Virus record (IMG/VR): IMGVR_UViG_3300027790_000010 | Coordinates: 1 to 44,714 of that record | DNA length: 44,714 nucleotides | Source: a virus | Lineage: Duplodnaviria; Caudoviricetes | Direction: 5' to 3' (one strand) | Shown: piece after piece, positions 1 to 8,629 of the stretch | Numbering within the stretch: position 1 is the stretch's first letter | Layout: each line of letters begins with the position of its first letter | The notes under the pieces: generated by a model | What the model was told of the DNA's origin: nothing | Databases searched by the model: none | What the model saw: the letters and a program-made list of their open reading frames with translations, nothing else | Translations under genes and position numbers: made by a program

Positions 1-127
1 CGACCTCCAGTGCCCTCGCCCAGTGCCCGACACCCCGGATGCTTCTGCATCGACGGACACAACTGGTTGGCAGTCGCCGTCGGAGTTGCGATAAGCGATG
101 ATCCAGACCCGATCCCGTCGGTGAGGC
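1..127. repeat. Terminal direct repeat, copy 1 (circular assembly overlap)
   Basis: 1-127 is identical to 44588-44714. 127 is a common assembler k-mer length and an ORF reads straight through the junction. Confidence 0.95.
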
Positions 128-416
128 GCACCAATGGCGGAAGCGGGGATACAGTGCCACTCCGCATCATACCCGAGCGAGCAGATATCTTGAAGGACCA
201 GGGTAAGCCCTTTAGAGCGAAGGGCCGATACATTTTCCGCAACGACCCACCTCGGGCGAACAGCTCCGATGACTCGGGCCATTTCCGACCAGAGACCCGA
301 ACGCTCACCCACGATCCCAACACCGCGCCCTGCGCTGCTGATGTCTTGACATGGGAAGCCTCCGCACACCAGGTCGGCGTCTCCGGGGTTGGGTTGGTAG
401 GTTCGGATGTCGTCAT
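1..416 (-). CDS. Nested +1-frame ORF, putative MTase beta subunit, 5' part (up to 160 aa, stop at 44521)
   Basis: Frame is open from ATG 416 across the junction and ends GGRLNPLYWEWVMGYPATWTDLGN*, which resembles C5-MTase motif IX. Exact start is uncertain. Confidence 0.7.
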   Translation of the reverse strand, partial: MTTSEPTNPTPETPTWCAEASHVKTSAAQGAVLGSWVSVRVSGRKWPESSELFARGGSLRKMYRPFALKGLPWSFKISARSGMMRSGTVSPLPPLVRLTDGIGSGSSLIATPTATANQLCPSMQKHPGCRALGEGTGG

Positions 417-564
417 GCTGTGGTACGTCGGGCCAGTGCTTATGGAGCACTTGGCGGGCTTTGTCGTCTTGCTCGACGAACTGGACTGTCTGGAAGGGGC
501 CGGCTCGCTCTAGCCCTAAGCTGAAGCCGCCGATCCCGGAGAAAAGGTCGATCACTTTAATCAT
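1..564 (-). CDS. C5 cytosine DNA methyltransferase, 5' part (about 232 aa in total, continuing at 44587-44453)
   Basis: Manual translation from ATG 564: MIKVIDLFSGIGG (motif I), GGFPCQ (IV), ENV (VI), HRRDRVW (VIII). Absent from the ORF track because it crosses the origin. Confidence 0.95.
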   Translation of the reverse strand, partial: MIKVIDLFSGIGGFSLGLERAGPFQTVQFVEQDDKARQVLHKHWPDVPQHDDIRTYQPNPGDADLVCGGFPCQDISSAGRGVGIVGERSGLWSEMARVIGAVRPRWVVAENVSALRSKGLTLVLQDICSLGYDAEWHCIPASAIGAPHRRDRVWIIAYRNSDGDCQPVVSVDAEASGVSGTGRGHWRS

Positions 565-1094
565 GTCGCACAACTAGGGCACCGGGTATTCGCCGTCCAT
601 TCGCCGCAGTCCACGCAATGCCGCAGCGGTCGGACGGACTTCTGCTTGTCGCCCTGACCCACTGGGGCTGTGCAGTCTAGGCACTCAGGGAGGTGCTGGT
701 CAAGGCCGCACGTCTTGCAGTTGACGGTCGGCATCTCCACCCACCGCTCGTTGGCCTCGTCGGGGACCTTACACACAGAGCCATAGACGATGCACCCAGG
801 GCGTCCGACCCTAGACGGTAGGCTCGCGGTCAGGCGGCTCAGGTTGTTGGCGATCACGCAGCCAGCACACTTGCCGGGAGGCTCTGTGATGTCCTTCGTT
901 CGGCGGCAGCTCGGGCACACACGTCGGTCGCGCCCTTTGTCGCGAGCCGCCTTACGGGCGCGGTACTGGCGGTTCTTGATGACGCTACAGGGTTTGCAGA
1001 TGCGTTGCAGTCCTACGCGTCCCCGTCGATTGTGGGGGCTGAACACTGACTCGTCGAGGTGTTGGCGGCAGGCGGTGCATTCGCGCAGGGTCAT
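561..1094 (-). CDS. Multi-CxxC zinc-finger protein
   Basis: About 8 CxxC pairs. The N-terminus resembles the Zn finger of phage HNH proteins. Stop overlaps the MTase ATG. Confidence 0.7.
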   Translation of the reverse strand: MTLRECTACRQHLDESVFSPHNRRGRVGLQRICKPCSVIKNRQYRARKAARDKGRDRRVCPSCRRTKDITEPPGKCAGCVIANNLSRLTASLPSRVGRPGCIVYGSVCKVPDEANERWVEMPTVNCKTCGLDQHLPECLDCTAPVGQGDKQKSVRPLRHCVDCGEWTANTRCPSCAT

Positions 1095-1477
1095 TGCTCT
1101 AGCTCCTCGTAGTAGGCGTCGTCGAACATTGCAGGGTCCAGCGGCACACTGTAACCTAGTTTGGTGATAGCCTTATTAGCGAAATCCTGTGCGAACCGGC
1201 GACCCAATGATTGTGCTATGTGGATGCGGTCCTCGGTTGTGAGGTACTCCCCAACCACCACCTTGTACGTATAGAACTCCTCACGTCCGACGGCCATCGC
1301 CGCGCACTGTGGTACACTTTCCAGGTCGTCTACGAATCCCAGCTCTCTGACCCCAGCTCTGGCTAACCTAGCTTTAAGCCCAGTGAGCATACGGTTGGCA
1401 CGGTTCAAGTCGCACCTTAGCCGATTGTTCTCGCTGGTCAGGTAGGCCAGCTCTTCTTCTGGAGGGAAGCGGCTCAT
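1091..1477 (-). CDS. Hypothetical protein with N-terminal coiled coil
   Basis: ATGA-coupled to both neighbours; start taken at MSRFPP. Confidence 0.6.
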   Translation of the reverse strand: MSRFPPEEELAYLTSENNRLRCDLNRANRMLTGLKARLARAGVRELGFVDDLESVPQCAAMAVGREEFYTYKVVVGEYLTTEDRIHIAQSLGRRFAQDFANKAITKLGYSVPLDPAMFDDAYYEELEQ

Positions 1478-1743
1478 TGCTCTAGTTGTGCGATCCGGCG
1501 CTCGATGTACCACAGGGCCTTGCGGAGGTCTTCCACCTCGTCACCCTTAGAGCCGGCCCGCCAGAGATACTTTACCGCGTTGCCCGCGAGGAACCCCATG
1601 TGCTCGGTGACCTGGATGCACTCGATGCCCGATGGGTGTGACTTGTAGTGCGCTGGGTTGGTGGCGTCGGCTAGCGGCTCAAGTCCAGCCTCGGCGGCGC
1701 AGGGCTCGCAGGCGAAAGTGGCGGTGCATAGGCAGTCGACCAT
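1474..1743 (-). CDS. DUF3310 / T7 gp1.7-like (putative nucleotide kinase) domain protein
   Basis: NPAHY...GIECI...FLAGNAVKYLWRAGSK...EDLRKALWY signature. Confidence 0.9.
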   Translation of the reverse strand: MVDCLCTATFACEPCAAEAGLEPLADATNPAHYKSHPSGIECIQVTEHMGFLAGNAVKYLWRAGSKGDEVEDLRKALWYIERRIAQLEQ

Positions 1744-1958
1744 CAGACAGCCCCCTCCTCATAAGCGTCGGCCTGCGCGATGAGCCACTCACCCATCTTG
1801 CGCCACTCAGCAGGGCCGCCGAACTCGGCAGCGGGCACTAAGGGTAGGTCGATGCTCAAGTTGTTGTTAGCGAATGCGCCACGGTCAGAGCGGAGGTAGA
1901 TGGTGACTTCCCCGAAGGTAGCATCTGTAATGAAGTACCGGGAGCTTTGCCAGCTCAT
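1743..1958 (-). CDS. Hypothetical protein
   Basis: Coupled in the operon; start taken at MSWQSS. Confidence 0.55.
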   Translation of the reverse strand: MSWQSSRYFITDATFGEVTIYLRSDRGAFANNNLSIDLPLVPAAEFGGPAEWRKMGEWLIAQADAYEEGAV

Positions 1959-2884
1959 ACCGCCCACCCCTCGCGCCGCTTGGCGCACTCGTCACTAACG
2001 TCGCAGTAGGTCACGCCCACCTCGGCGCCGCGCACCTGGTTACAGGGGACAAAGAGCTTAGACCGGCCCGTCGACTTCATCTCGTCGCGGCGCAACCACA
2101 GCTCGGGCAGGAACTCGCCGGCCCGTGCCTTCTCTAGGCGGCGCTGCACATTGTCGCGGGCCTCCTTCAGGTCGTCTGGCCGGATATACGAGATGCCGAT
2201 GCGGCCCTCGGGGAGTGCCGGAGCCTCCTTGTTGATGTTGATGATGATTCCACCTGCATCCAGGGTGCCCTGGATCTCGGAGTAGACCGCAACCTGCCCC
2301 GCGTTGCCGAAGACATCTTCTGCACAGTTGTGGATGGCGCCACCATACTGCATCGAACGGCCCGCCTTGGTCTTGACATCGGCCACGAGGCGCCGAGGCA
2401 TCCCAGGGGCGAGCCACTCAGGGTCGAGAAGCTCTAAGGTGATGTCGATGAAGCCCCGATGGCTGAAGCCGGGCGTCCCTTTCTCGGGCCACCACGGCAG
2501 CTCATCGGCCAGTTGCTTCTCTTCCTCGAAGACCAGCTTAACCGCATCGGCCGGCAGCGCACTCTCCAGGGCGGCGTAGACCAGCGCGTGATGGTAGTGC
2601 CCTAGTGCGTAGGTGACGCGGTTGGGTTCGCCCCCGTCAATCGTCCGGCCCTCCGCCACGGCCTCCAGCATCAGGGCAGCCTGGCCCTGGCAGATGAGAC
2701 CACTAGACGGCTTGAGGCGCGGCGGCCCATCGGGCTCCGAGGACATCAGCAAGGACCGCCGGGTGTTCTCGGCGATATCCTTTAGAGCCTCCTCGAGATG
2801 CTCGGGGACCATATTACTGATCCCGTGGTGGTATGCCTCTGTTAGCAGGGCATGCCAGGATGGGTATTGTTGTTTCTCTAGCAC
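1955..2884 (-). CDS. PD-(D/E)xK Cas4/RecB-like exonuclease
   Basis: PSSGLIC, GHYHH, GFID...ADVKT, QVAVY and C-terminal C..YC....C, a possible Fe-S ligand set. Confidence 0.8.
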   Translation of the reverse strand: MLEKQQYPSWHALLTEAYHHGISNMVPEHLEEALKDIAENTRRSLLMSSEPDGPPRLKPSSGLICQGQAALMLEAVAEGRTIDGGEPNRVTYALGHYHHALVYAALESALPADAVKLVFEEEKQLADELPWWPEKGTPGFSHRGFIDITLELLDPEWLAPGMPRRLVADVKTKAGRSMQYGGAIHNCAEDVFGNAGQVAVYSEIQGTLDAGGIIININKEAPALPEGRIGISYIRPDDLKEARDNVQRRLEKARAGEFLPELWLRRDEMKSTGRSKLFVPCNQVRGAEVGVTYCDVSDECAKRREGWAV

Positions 2885-3153
2885 TTGATGTACTCGATCT
2901 TGGTTACTTCGACAGGCTTAACCTCGGGGCACTCGATCTGGTCTGGATCGTCCTCGTAGGGTCGCATGTCCTGGCACTCGGTTAGGCCCTGCTGGTAGGT
3001 AGTCTGGTACAGCTTCCCCTTAAACCGGAATACCTGGTTGATAAACTTGTACCAGCGGCGGCTCTCGCCTTCCCTGATATCTACTAGCTCCACTACAGTA
3101 TTGTCGTGGTCCTCGTAGGCTAGGTCGCGTAGGAATGTTTTGTTGAACTTCAT
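2878..3153 (-). CDS. Conserved-looking phage hypothetical protein
   Basis: 91-aa ORF with RRW...GKLY...GLTECQD; overlaps the next gene. Confidence 0.7.
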   Translation of the reverse strand: MKFNKTFLRDLAYEDHDNTVVELVDIREGESRRWYKFINQVFRFKGKLYQTTYQQGLTECQDMRPYEDDPDQIECPEVKPVEVTKIEYIKC

Positions 3154-3198
3154 TTGCTTAGTGGTTTCGTGAGTATGGAAGGTTCCGGTCTAGTGAAA

Positions 3199-3227
3199 GC
3201 GGCCCCAGGCGGTTGCCCAGGGCCGCA
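3199..3227. other. Intergenic GC-rich hairpin (terminator or processing site)
   Basis: GCGGCCC...GGGCCGC inverted repeat just after the stop of the 144-aa ORF; no strong U-tract. Confidence 0.4.
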
Positions 3228-3233
3228 GAAGTC

Positions 3234-3668
3234 CTACTTAGAGTTAGGCTTGAGGATCACCTTGGTCTTATTAGGGTCCTTGTCGGCAGGGACCGTCATA
3301 ATCATGACCTGCTCGCCGATCCAGTCTGTCGGCACCTTGCCCTTGCGGTCGTCGACCTTAGGCCAGACCGCGCAGTTCACCTGGTGCCAGGTCGACTTCT
3401 CGTTTGGGGACTGCCCCTCCCACCAGTTGAGGTAGAAGAGAACTGGCTCTGGGTGTTGTCCCGCCGTGTCGATGGTCAAGCAGAGCCGCTTGGTCACCGG
3501 GTTCTTAGCGTCGGGGTCTGGGAACGGGTCGTAGGCCTTCAGGCCCGTGATGGTGCAACCCTTCCACTGCTGCATCTGCGGCAACGGCTCACGGGGTTCT
3601 GGCTTACCTTCGGCTCCTGCGTCTGACAGGGGAGTGAAGTTCAGTTCTTCGATTGGAGTATCATCCAT
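3234..3668 (-). CDS. Hypothetical protein, possibly an OB-fold ssDNA-binding protein
   Basis: Beta-rich 144-aa ORF between PolA and the exonuclease; function inferred from position only. Confidence 0.5.
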   Translation of the reverse strand: MDDTPIEELNFTPLSDAGAEGKPEPREPLPQMQQWKGCTITGLKAYDPFPDPDAKNPVTKRLCLTIDTAGQHPEPVLFYLNWWEGQSPNEKSTWHQVNCAVWPKVDDRKGKVPTDWIGEQVMIMTVPADKDPNKTKVILKPNSK

Positions 3669-3900
3669 CTTCGTTTTTCTGTTTTTCGGTGTTTCGTGTT
3701 AGTGCGTCGAGCATCCCGCGCAGTCCGCCACCTTGAGTGGTACCGAACTCGGGGAGTGCTGAGGCCAGAGATGCGATTGCTCTGGCGAGTGCCACCTTGT
3801 CGCTGGGGGCGGAAGCTCTGAGGTCGTGGAGCATTGCCACGACTTCGTCTTCGATTAGTTGTTTGATGTTTGCCACTGGTGGGCGAGCCAGTTTAACCAC
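3661..3900 (-). CDS. Small helical hypothetical protein
   Basis: GTG at 3900 lies downstream of a consensus promoter; the longer track ORF overlaps polA. Confidence 0.5.
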   Translation of the reverse strand: MVKLARPPVANIKQLIEDEVVAMLHDLRASAPSDKVALARAIASLASALPEFGTTQGGGLRGMLDALTRNTEKQKNEDG

Positions 3901-3961
3901 ATGGCTCAGGTGGGGACCGATGTTCGAGGGAGGAAAGACTAGAAACCCCCTTCTGCTCCCC

Positions 3962-3989
3962 ATTGTAGGGGCCGTGTGGGCGGTGTCAA
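3962..3989 (-). promoter_or_regulatory. Sigma70-type promoter
   Basis: TTGACA-16 nt-TACAAT on the minus strand directly after the polA stop. Confidence 0.7.
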
Positions 3990-3991
3990 CA

Positions 3992-5770
3992 TTAAATGTC
4001 GGCCCATGTCGACCCGTGCCCACCATCAGCGGTGAAGTCGACGGCGCCAAGGAGCTCCGGGTACGCTGCGTTGGCGGCCTCGCGCATAACCTCCGCGTAT
4101 TCCGCGCCCCGGCCCTGGATGTCGCCGACAAGCTCGTCGTGAACTGACAGCACAGGGCGCAGGCCGGCTTCCTCGCAGGCAACGAGGGCGTGGCGCATCA
4201 ACAGGGCCGCGCCCCCTTGTACCTGCATCGACACCGCATTGTTGATCCGCTCCTCGGCGCCGTAGATCAACAGCGAGCCATCGATGCCCATGACAATCCG
4301 CTCGACGGTGGCGTCCCGCGTGGTCTTCTCCATCCAGTCGGCGAGGACACTAAAGCGCCGAAGGTAGGAAGCCCTGAAAATGTCCGCCTCCTCTACAGAG
4401 CACCCGATGGCGATGGCGAGCCGCTGGGCCTTCATGCCGTTGAGGATGCCAAAGTTGATCTGCTTGACCGCGAACCGCTGCTCCTTCTTCAGGGTCGCCG
4501 GGGTCGCGTCGAAAACCTGGCAGGCCGTCGCCGTGTGGAAGTCCATCCCAGGGCCGAATGCCGCGAGCAAGTTCGGGTCGCCGGACAGCGCCGCCGCCAC
4601 CCGCATTTCCACCTGGCCGAAGTCGGCACCCGACATGTAGCCCGTGGACCCTGTGAAGCAAGCTCTGAAGCGGAGCGCCAGCCCCATCTCGATCTCGCGG
4701 GCCGTCTTGTTCTGCTTCGGGACCTGCCCGAGGTTCGGCTCGGCGTGGCTGAACCGGCCCGTTTTAGTCATCAACGTCCTGATTTGCCCGTGAACTGGGC
4801 CGCCCTCCAGCTTCAGGGCGAAGTCCCGGTACTTCTTGACGTAGGATCGGTACTCTAGGAGCGCCAGGGCAAACGGATCGCCGGCGTCGGCTAGGGGTTT
4901 GACCACCCGCTTGCCGTCCGTTGAGGGCTTGAGCTTGCCCCAGTCCTTGTACTTCCACTTGAACCTTCGCAGGAACGACTGGTACTCTGGGGTACTCACC
5001 TCGTCGCGCCACTTCTCACAGGTGCGCCGGTAGCCGGCCTGCTCTGAGAGGAACGACAGGAGTTGGTCGCCGCTATTCGGGTTGCCGTCGAAGCCATGTC
5101 CCTTCAGGGCCGCCACCTGCTCGGCCACCATCGGCCCGAGGACCCGGCGCAACGCTGTCACCGGCTCTTGAAGGACCACGACGCCCCGGTCCTCCATGCG
5201 TTGCACAACCTGCTCGACTTGTTCGTCGAGGCGGTGGTAGCTGTTCAACCTCAGCGCCCTCCGGTGCAGCCGGTCGGTCTTCAGGAGGTCGTCATCGAGG
5301 TATGCCAGAAGACGTGGATCCCAGTCGTTGAGGCCCCGCCGCAACAAGTGGATACTGTTCTGCTCACCTTTAGGGCCGAGAAGCTCTGGCAAGGTCGGCA
5401 GCTTCTCCCCTGGGAACAAGTCATCGAGGGACTTCTTGCCCGCCGTATTCTTGTGGTATTGGGCGGCCATGGTATCCAACCAAGGCTTCCTCGGGTGAGC
5501 GTTCATGGCATGGATGTCGAATCTACCATTATGGAATACAAGGTTCATCCCCTCCAACTCATGTTTCATCTCATTCCATTCAGGGTGGCCGCAGTCAATG
5601 TAGAACACGTCGGTATAACCGCTCGGCAGCAAGCCTACGATCCACGCCTTGTCCCTAGAGCGCGGTCCGATTACCTGCAAGCCATCCGTTTCCGAGTCAC
5701 AGATGAACATGTGACCAGGGAATCGGGAGTTTAAGGTCTTAAGTTTAGCTGCATCCAGAAACATATTCAC
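3992..5770 (-). CDS. polA: Family A DNA polymerase with 3'-5' exonuclease
   Basis: Exo I DSET, Exo II HNGRFD, Exo III YLDDD; TGRFS, motif A DFGQVEMR, motif B KQINFGILNG, motif C VHDE. Confidence 0.96.
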   Translation of the reverse strand: MNMFLDAAKLKTLNSRFPGHMFICDSETDGLQVIGPRSRDKAWIVGLLPSGYTDVFYIDCGHPEWNEMKHELEGMNLVFHNGRFDIHAMNAHPRKPWLDTMAAQYHKNTAGKKSLDDLFPGEKLPTLPELLGPKGEQNSIHLLRRGLNDWDPRLLAYLDDDLLKTDRLHRRALRLNSYHRLDEQVEQVVQRMEDRGVVVLQEPVTALRRVLGPMVAEQVAALKGHGFDGNPNSGDQLLSFLSEQAGYRRTCEKWRDEVSTPEYQSFLRRFKWKYKDWGKLKPSTDGKRVVKPLADAGDPFALALLEYRSYVKKYRDFALKLEGGPVHGQIRTLMTKTGRFSHAEPNLGQVPKQNKTAREIEMGLALRFRACFTGSTGYMSGADFGQVEMRVAAALSGDPNLLAAFGPGMDFHTATACQVFDATPATLKKEQRFAVKQINFGILNGMKAQRLAIAIGCSVEEADIFRASYLRRFSVLADWMEKTTRDATVERIVMGIDGSLLIYGAEERINNAVSMQVQGGAALLMRHALVACEEAGLRPVLSVHDELVGDIQGRGAEYAEVMREAANAAYPELLGAVDFTADGGHGSTWADI

Positions 5771-6329
5771 TCCATCTAGTTAGGTTACAGTCTCGGCAGA
5801 CACATTGTAAGTTCGCGGGTAAGTTATACCCCCCTACAGCTAGAGGTTTAACGTGGTCTAGCTCTCTAGTGTAGACACCGCAGTCTACACATCTATTCCC
5901 ATAGTACGCCCACAGAGACAGGACTTGCTCTGTATTCAGGCGTCCACGGCACCCGTACCGTTTGGCCCTAACATTACTACTGGACGCGAAGTTTCTGGCT
6001 GCGTACCTATCAGGGCATCGCCGAACCCAGCCCGTATATATCTGCCGGACCTTATCCGCGTTCTCAGCTCTCCACCGCTTACACCGAGCTGACTCCTCAG
6101 CCTTATTCCTGCTATAGTACGCCCTACTATACTCCCGCACTTTATGCTTATTAGCTCTACTCCATACGGCTTGGTCCTTGCGCTTCTTCTCTTTATTGGC
6201 TGCATTCCATTTGGCCGTACTTGTGTTTGTGCAGCTCTTGCATGCAGCCCTGTACGCACCGGTGGATGCACGTTTATAGAAGGCCGTAAGCGGTAGTACC
6301 TCACTACACTTCGAGCAACTCTTGTCCAT
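5745..6329 (-). CDS. HNH (homing) endonuclease with N-terminal Zn finger
   Basis: CVDCG...DHVKPLAVGG.N...NLQCVCRDCN; visibly AT-richer than its flanks. Confidence 0.9.
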   Translation of the reverse strand: MDKSCSKCSEVLPLTAFYKRASTGAYRAACKSCTNTSTAKWNAANKEKKRKDQAVWSRANKHKVREYSRAYYSRNKAEESARCKRWRAENADKVRQIYTGWVRRCPDRYAARNFASSSNVRAKRYGCRGRLNTEQVLSLWAYYGNRCVDCGVYTRELDHVKPLAVGGYNLPANLQCVCRDCNLTRWSEYVSGCS

Positions 6330-7450
6330 CACGCCCACCTCGCATACAGATCGGTCGGCAGCCACACGTGGTACCTCGCCCGCGTCAGCGCAACGTAGGC
6401 CACCTTCAGCATCTCCGGGTCGCCATTGTCCAGGGCCATGAGCTTCTGCTTAGACCAAGGGAGCATGTAGATACTATCAGACTCGTGGCCTTTCGCCGCA
6501 TGGATGGTAGTAACCGCCAGCCCATCGACCCCCTTAGTGCCAGGGACCACACCCACCGCCGTTAGGTCGTGGCGCTGGATGTACTTATCGACGGTATAGC
6601 GGCTCAGGCCCATCACGAGGCCTTCGAGGGGCGCGTTGACCATATCCCAGTGGTGAACCATCGTGGGGTGCGGGGCACTGTAAAGCTCTGGATCGTGCCA
6701 GGCATGGGGCGCCAGGACCGTCGAGGCGATTTCCGTTGCAGGCCTACCCATCCGGTAGCCGGGCGACATATATTCCTGGCGGTCGGCCCATTGCCACGCC
6801 GCCGGTTTCTCGCCGGGGAGGTAGCCCTTGAAGCCGCCGAAGATCGCCTGCCCTTCGTCTCCGCAGGCAAGAAGCTCGCCGCCGGGGGCCACCATTGCTA
6901 GTGCCGCGCAGGTTTCCAGTCGGCTCGCGTCCTGGGCCTCGTCGTAGGCCACGAAGGGGTAGGGGTCGTGGATCATGGGGGCTCCTTGATCGAGCCACCT
7001 CGCGAGGCCCACGGCATGTCGCTGATTGGGAGTCACCCTCCCATAAATCCAGGAAGGTGCCGGGCCGTCTGTTGGGGACCACGCGTGGAGCGCCATCAGC
7101 ATAGGATCTTGCTTTTGGCGGCCAGGGGCAGCACTGACATAGTCCCGGAGGGCCACGTCGTTGCGGTCGTTGATGGCCCTGGCGCGGTAGGCCTCGGCAG
7201 ACCGCTTGCCGCTGTGCTGCATCTCGGCAACCGGTTTGACATGGTTCCACGACCTCTTGTAGATCGTGTTAGCGACTTCCTCTGGGACGCCCTTAGCGTG
7301 GAGCGCCTGGGCGGCATCCCGGCTGTAGGTCACGATCTGCCAGGGCGCGGGCCAGTCCCAGCATTCCTTGACTAGGCGGGTCGTTTTACCTGTTCCTGGA
7401 AATCCAGAGCGGACAGTGAGGGTCACATCGGGGCGGTACCTACTGGACAC
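6329..7450 (-). CDS. Compact UvrD/Rep-like SF1 helicase
   Basis: GFPGTGKT, DEAQD, GDEGQAIF, TIHAAKGHE, YVALTRAR. GTG 7450 has a GGAGG upstream. Confidence 0.92.
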   Translation of the reverse strand: MSSRYRPDVTLTVRSGFPGTGKTTRLVKECWDWPAPWQIVTYSRDAAQALHAKGVPEEVANTIYKRSWNHVKPVAEMQHSGKRSAEAYRARAINDRNDVALRDYVSAAPGRQKQDPMLMALHAWSPTDGPAPSWIYGRVTPNQRHAVGLARWLDQGAPMIHDPYPFVAYDEAQDASRLETCAALAMVAPGGELLACGDEGQAIFGGFKGYLPGEKPAAWQWADRQEYMSPGYRMGRPATEIASTVLAPHAWHDPELYSAPHPTMVHHWDMVNAPLEGLVMGLSRYTVDKYIQRHDLTAVGVVPGTKGVDGLAVTTIHAAKGHESDSIYMLPWSKQKLMALDNGDPEMLKVAYVALTRARYHVWLPTDLYARWA

Positions 7451-7608
7451 TACCGGTCCCCCTCCGCCGTCAGCTCGGCCAGGCGCTCGCCCTCGGCCTC
7501 GAAGGCGTCGATGTCGCAGTCGGTGCAGACGGGCACCGAGAAGTACCACGGGCTGTATAGCTCCGTCCGGCAGATGGTGCAGGTTTGCATGGGCTCTAGG
7601 TTAGTCAT
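7450..7608 (-). CDS. Small Zn-ribbon protein
   Basis: MTNLEPMQTCTIC...CTDC; coupled to neighbours. Confidence 0.55.
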   Translation of the reverse strand: MTNLEPMQTCTICRTELYSPWYFSVPVCTDCDIDAFEAEGERLAELTAEGDR

Positions 7609-8146
7609 CAGGGTTCTCCGCGTCAATGCCACTGGCGCAGTCGGGGCAGGGTCGATGCTTAGTAGAACTGACAACATACGGCACAAGTTCCTGGCCGCTG
7701 CCGCCGCAAGTCCCGCACGGCTTGGCGCTGTTGGCTGCGAGCAACTTTCTCGCACTCTTGATCGTGAGTAGGTAGATTTCCTGCAACTCCCTCATGTTCG
7801 GAGCCTCAAGGATCTGCAAGACATCCGCGAGCTTCTCCCGCAGCGCGGCAGCTTCGGCTTCAACTTCCCGCTTTTCATCTGCGAGTGTGGCGAAGTCCGC
7901 TTGCCAGCTCTTCAATGCGCGGCGCACCCCTGTAACAGCAAGCGCCTCTTTATGCGCTTGGTGCTGCTCTGGCGGTACATGGGACCGTAAAACCTCTACT
8001 ACGTTCAGAGCCTCCGCAAGCTCGGCCCGCAGCGCGGCGGCTTCGGCGCTCAGGGTGTCGCGCTGCTGCTCAAGCCGCTCGTGGCTGCGAGCAAGGTCTA
8101 CGATTTGCGGGTTTAGGCTCTGAAAGAATGCGTCGAAGTTATCCAT
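7601..8146 (-). CDS. Coiled-coil protein with C-terminal DnaJ-like Zn finger
   Basis: Two EAAALR repeats; CGTCGGSG...CPDC. Confidence 0.65.
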   Translation of the reverse strand: MDNFDAFFQSLNPQIVDLARSHERLEQQRDTLSAEAAALRAELAEALNVVEVLRSHVPPEQHQAHKEALAVTGVRRALKSWQADFATLADEKREVEAEAAALREKLADVLQILEAPNMRELQEIYLLTIKSARKLLAANSAKPCGTCGGSGQELVPYVVSSTKHRPCPDCASGIDAENPDD

Positions 8147-8480
8147 CGTTCCCCTCCAGGGCTGCTTCGATCTCCATGAGGAACGCGCCGTCGTAGTAGT
8201 GCGCGTCAAGGTTTTCTAGTCGGGTCATAGCCTCCCGCAGCAACGCCTCCAACGGCGCAGGGTCAACGAGTCGGGCGGTGATGCCGCCGGTTTCTGCGAC
8301 TTCTGCGCTAGTCCAGGTGATAGCCTTCTGGTCGAAGAAGTTGAACTCAATCCACTCGTCTTCCCCTTCTGGGTGGCGATAGATGGCGCTTTCTTCACAC
8401 CGGCAGTACAGCACATTGCTCGGCAACGCCTCGATGTCGGCGGCGGTGAGTGCGGGGAGTTTGGTCATTGGTTTCTCCAT
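8139..8480 (-). CDS. Hypothetical protein
   Basis: ORF in a tightly coupled minus-strand chain. Confidence 0.6.
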   Translation of the reverse strand: MEKPMTKLPALTAADIEALPSNVLYCRCEESAIYRHPEGEDEWIEFNFFDQKAITWTSAEVAETGGITARLVDPAPLEALLREAMTRLENLDAHYYDGAFLMEIEAALEGNDG

Positions 8481-8629
8481 GTAAGTGCGTCAGCCTTCCC
8501 GCGCAGCACTAACCACGCATCGCGCAGACGAGTGCGCCACGAGTGCAACCGCATCGGTCGTGCGTAGGCCCACCCGTTTCCGGTGTCTGTGGTTGGATCG
8601 TTGTCGGTTAGGTGTTCTCGTTGGATCAT
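8465..8629 (-). CDS. Small conserved-looking phage protein
   Basis: W..ARP...RLRDAWLVLRGKADAL pattern; start taken at MIQRE. Confidence 0.6.
   Translation of the reverse strand: MIQREHLTDNDPTTDTGNGWAYARPMRLHSWRTRLRDAWLVLRGKADALTWRNQ

Noticed and set aside
10-513. 167-aa plus-strand ORF from the track
   Set aside because: Antisense shadow of the C5 methyltransferase, which has all the catalytic motifs on the minus strand.
1955-2884. Cas4 as evidence of a CRISPR-Cas system
   Set aside because: Stand-alone Cas4-like nucleases are common in phage replication modules; no cas1, cas2 or array is present.
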